From contig NC_086115.1 of the NCBI RefSeq assembly GCF_963921235.1, positions 8,680,001 through 8,744,000 on the forward strand: DNA of 64,000 nt. The letters run 5' to 3'. Below are positions 63,361-64,000 of this stretch, one piece after another. The stretch's first letter is position 1; the number at the start of each line of letters is the position of its first letter. The notes beneath the pieces were generated by a model, which made no database searches, had not been told where the DNA came from, and saw only the letters and a list, made by a program, of their open reading frames with translations. This DNA is from Mobula hypostoma (Eukaryota). The translations under genes and the position numbers were made by a program.

Positions 63361-64000
63361 TTAATGTTGTCACTATCCGTTTTCTCCTGTAGAGGGCCCA
63401 CCTGTGCGCAAGTGTGATCTTACCTTAAGGAAACACTCCTCAAGGTTATTTGGAGTCAAACTGATGCATGAAGTTTATTGCTTGTAGATAAATTGATTTA
63501 GTGTTTCGATACCGAGAGCAAAGTCAGCATTAATTGACCATCCCAATTGTGTTTGAACAGACCAGAGATACAGCTTGTAGGATGCCTGCCTTGTGGTGCT
63601 GGAGAACGGATTGAATTTTTGACCTTGAGTTCTGCTTATATGGAGCTTGCTCATTCTTCTTGTGAACATGAGGGTTTCCCCTGGAGTTGTAATAGATTAT
63701 TTACTCCTCGGTATTTTTGCTAACCCTGCTTTCTAAACACAGCACCTTGCAAGATGGAACAGTTATAAGTAAACTTCCAACTAACAGTTGTTTAACTTCT
63801 GGTCGTAAGTGGAAGTTTTAAAATATGAATGAAAGGCACTCAGCTTTGCAAGTAGTCTCTGTATTTTGAAAATACTCTGTAAAGAGTCACTGCACCTGCT
63901 TTATTTTTGCTCAAGGGTAGAGTACAAGATAATGGGTTATTTCAAACAGACAAGCTGACTGTTAAGTTGTTTAGTTCTAGGAAGCCCATAAACCAGATGG

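Noticed and set aside
60086-64000. Next AS3MT exon (YYGCG...LDLGSG)
   Set aside because: No matching sequence seen; presumably beyond the right edge.

Overview
Vertebrate genomic DNA, very probably a cartilaginous fish and most likely a ray, judged from its repeat families. It holds three spliced genes in the order conserved at human 10q24.32. (1) A CYP17A1-like steroidogenic P450 on the minus strand: exons 1-7 at 22757 down to 831, exon 8 beyond the left edge. (2) A complete 5-exon BORCS7 on the plus strand, 26937-48906, 103 aa. (3) The first three coding exons of AS3MT on the plus strand, 56802-60085. All exons were assembled by hand from GT-AG junctions with consistent phases. The rest is mostly transposon debris: CR1, Rex/Babar, Tx1 and Penelope retroelements, tRNA-derived SINEs, Tc1, hAT and Harbinger DNA elements, and two minisatellites. 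Most ORFs in the supplied track are repeat artefacts. Two highlights. First, about 20 copies of a minimal hammerhead-ribozyme motif (AGTC-CTGAYGA-stem II-GAAAC-GTC-GACT) carried by Penelope terminal repeats. These include tiny insertions with 12-13 bp target-site duplications and a tandem, retrozyme-like cluster just upstream of AS3MT. Second, the CYP17 protein is open-framed but substituted at substrate-binding and 17,20-lyase residues, which suggests a functionally diverged enzyme.
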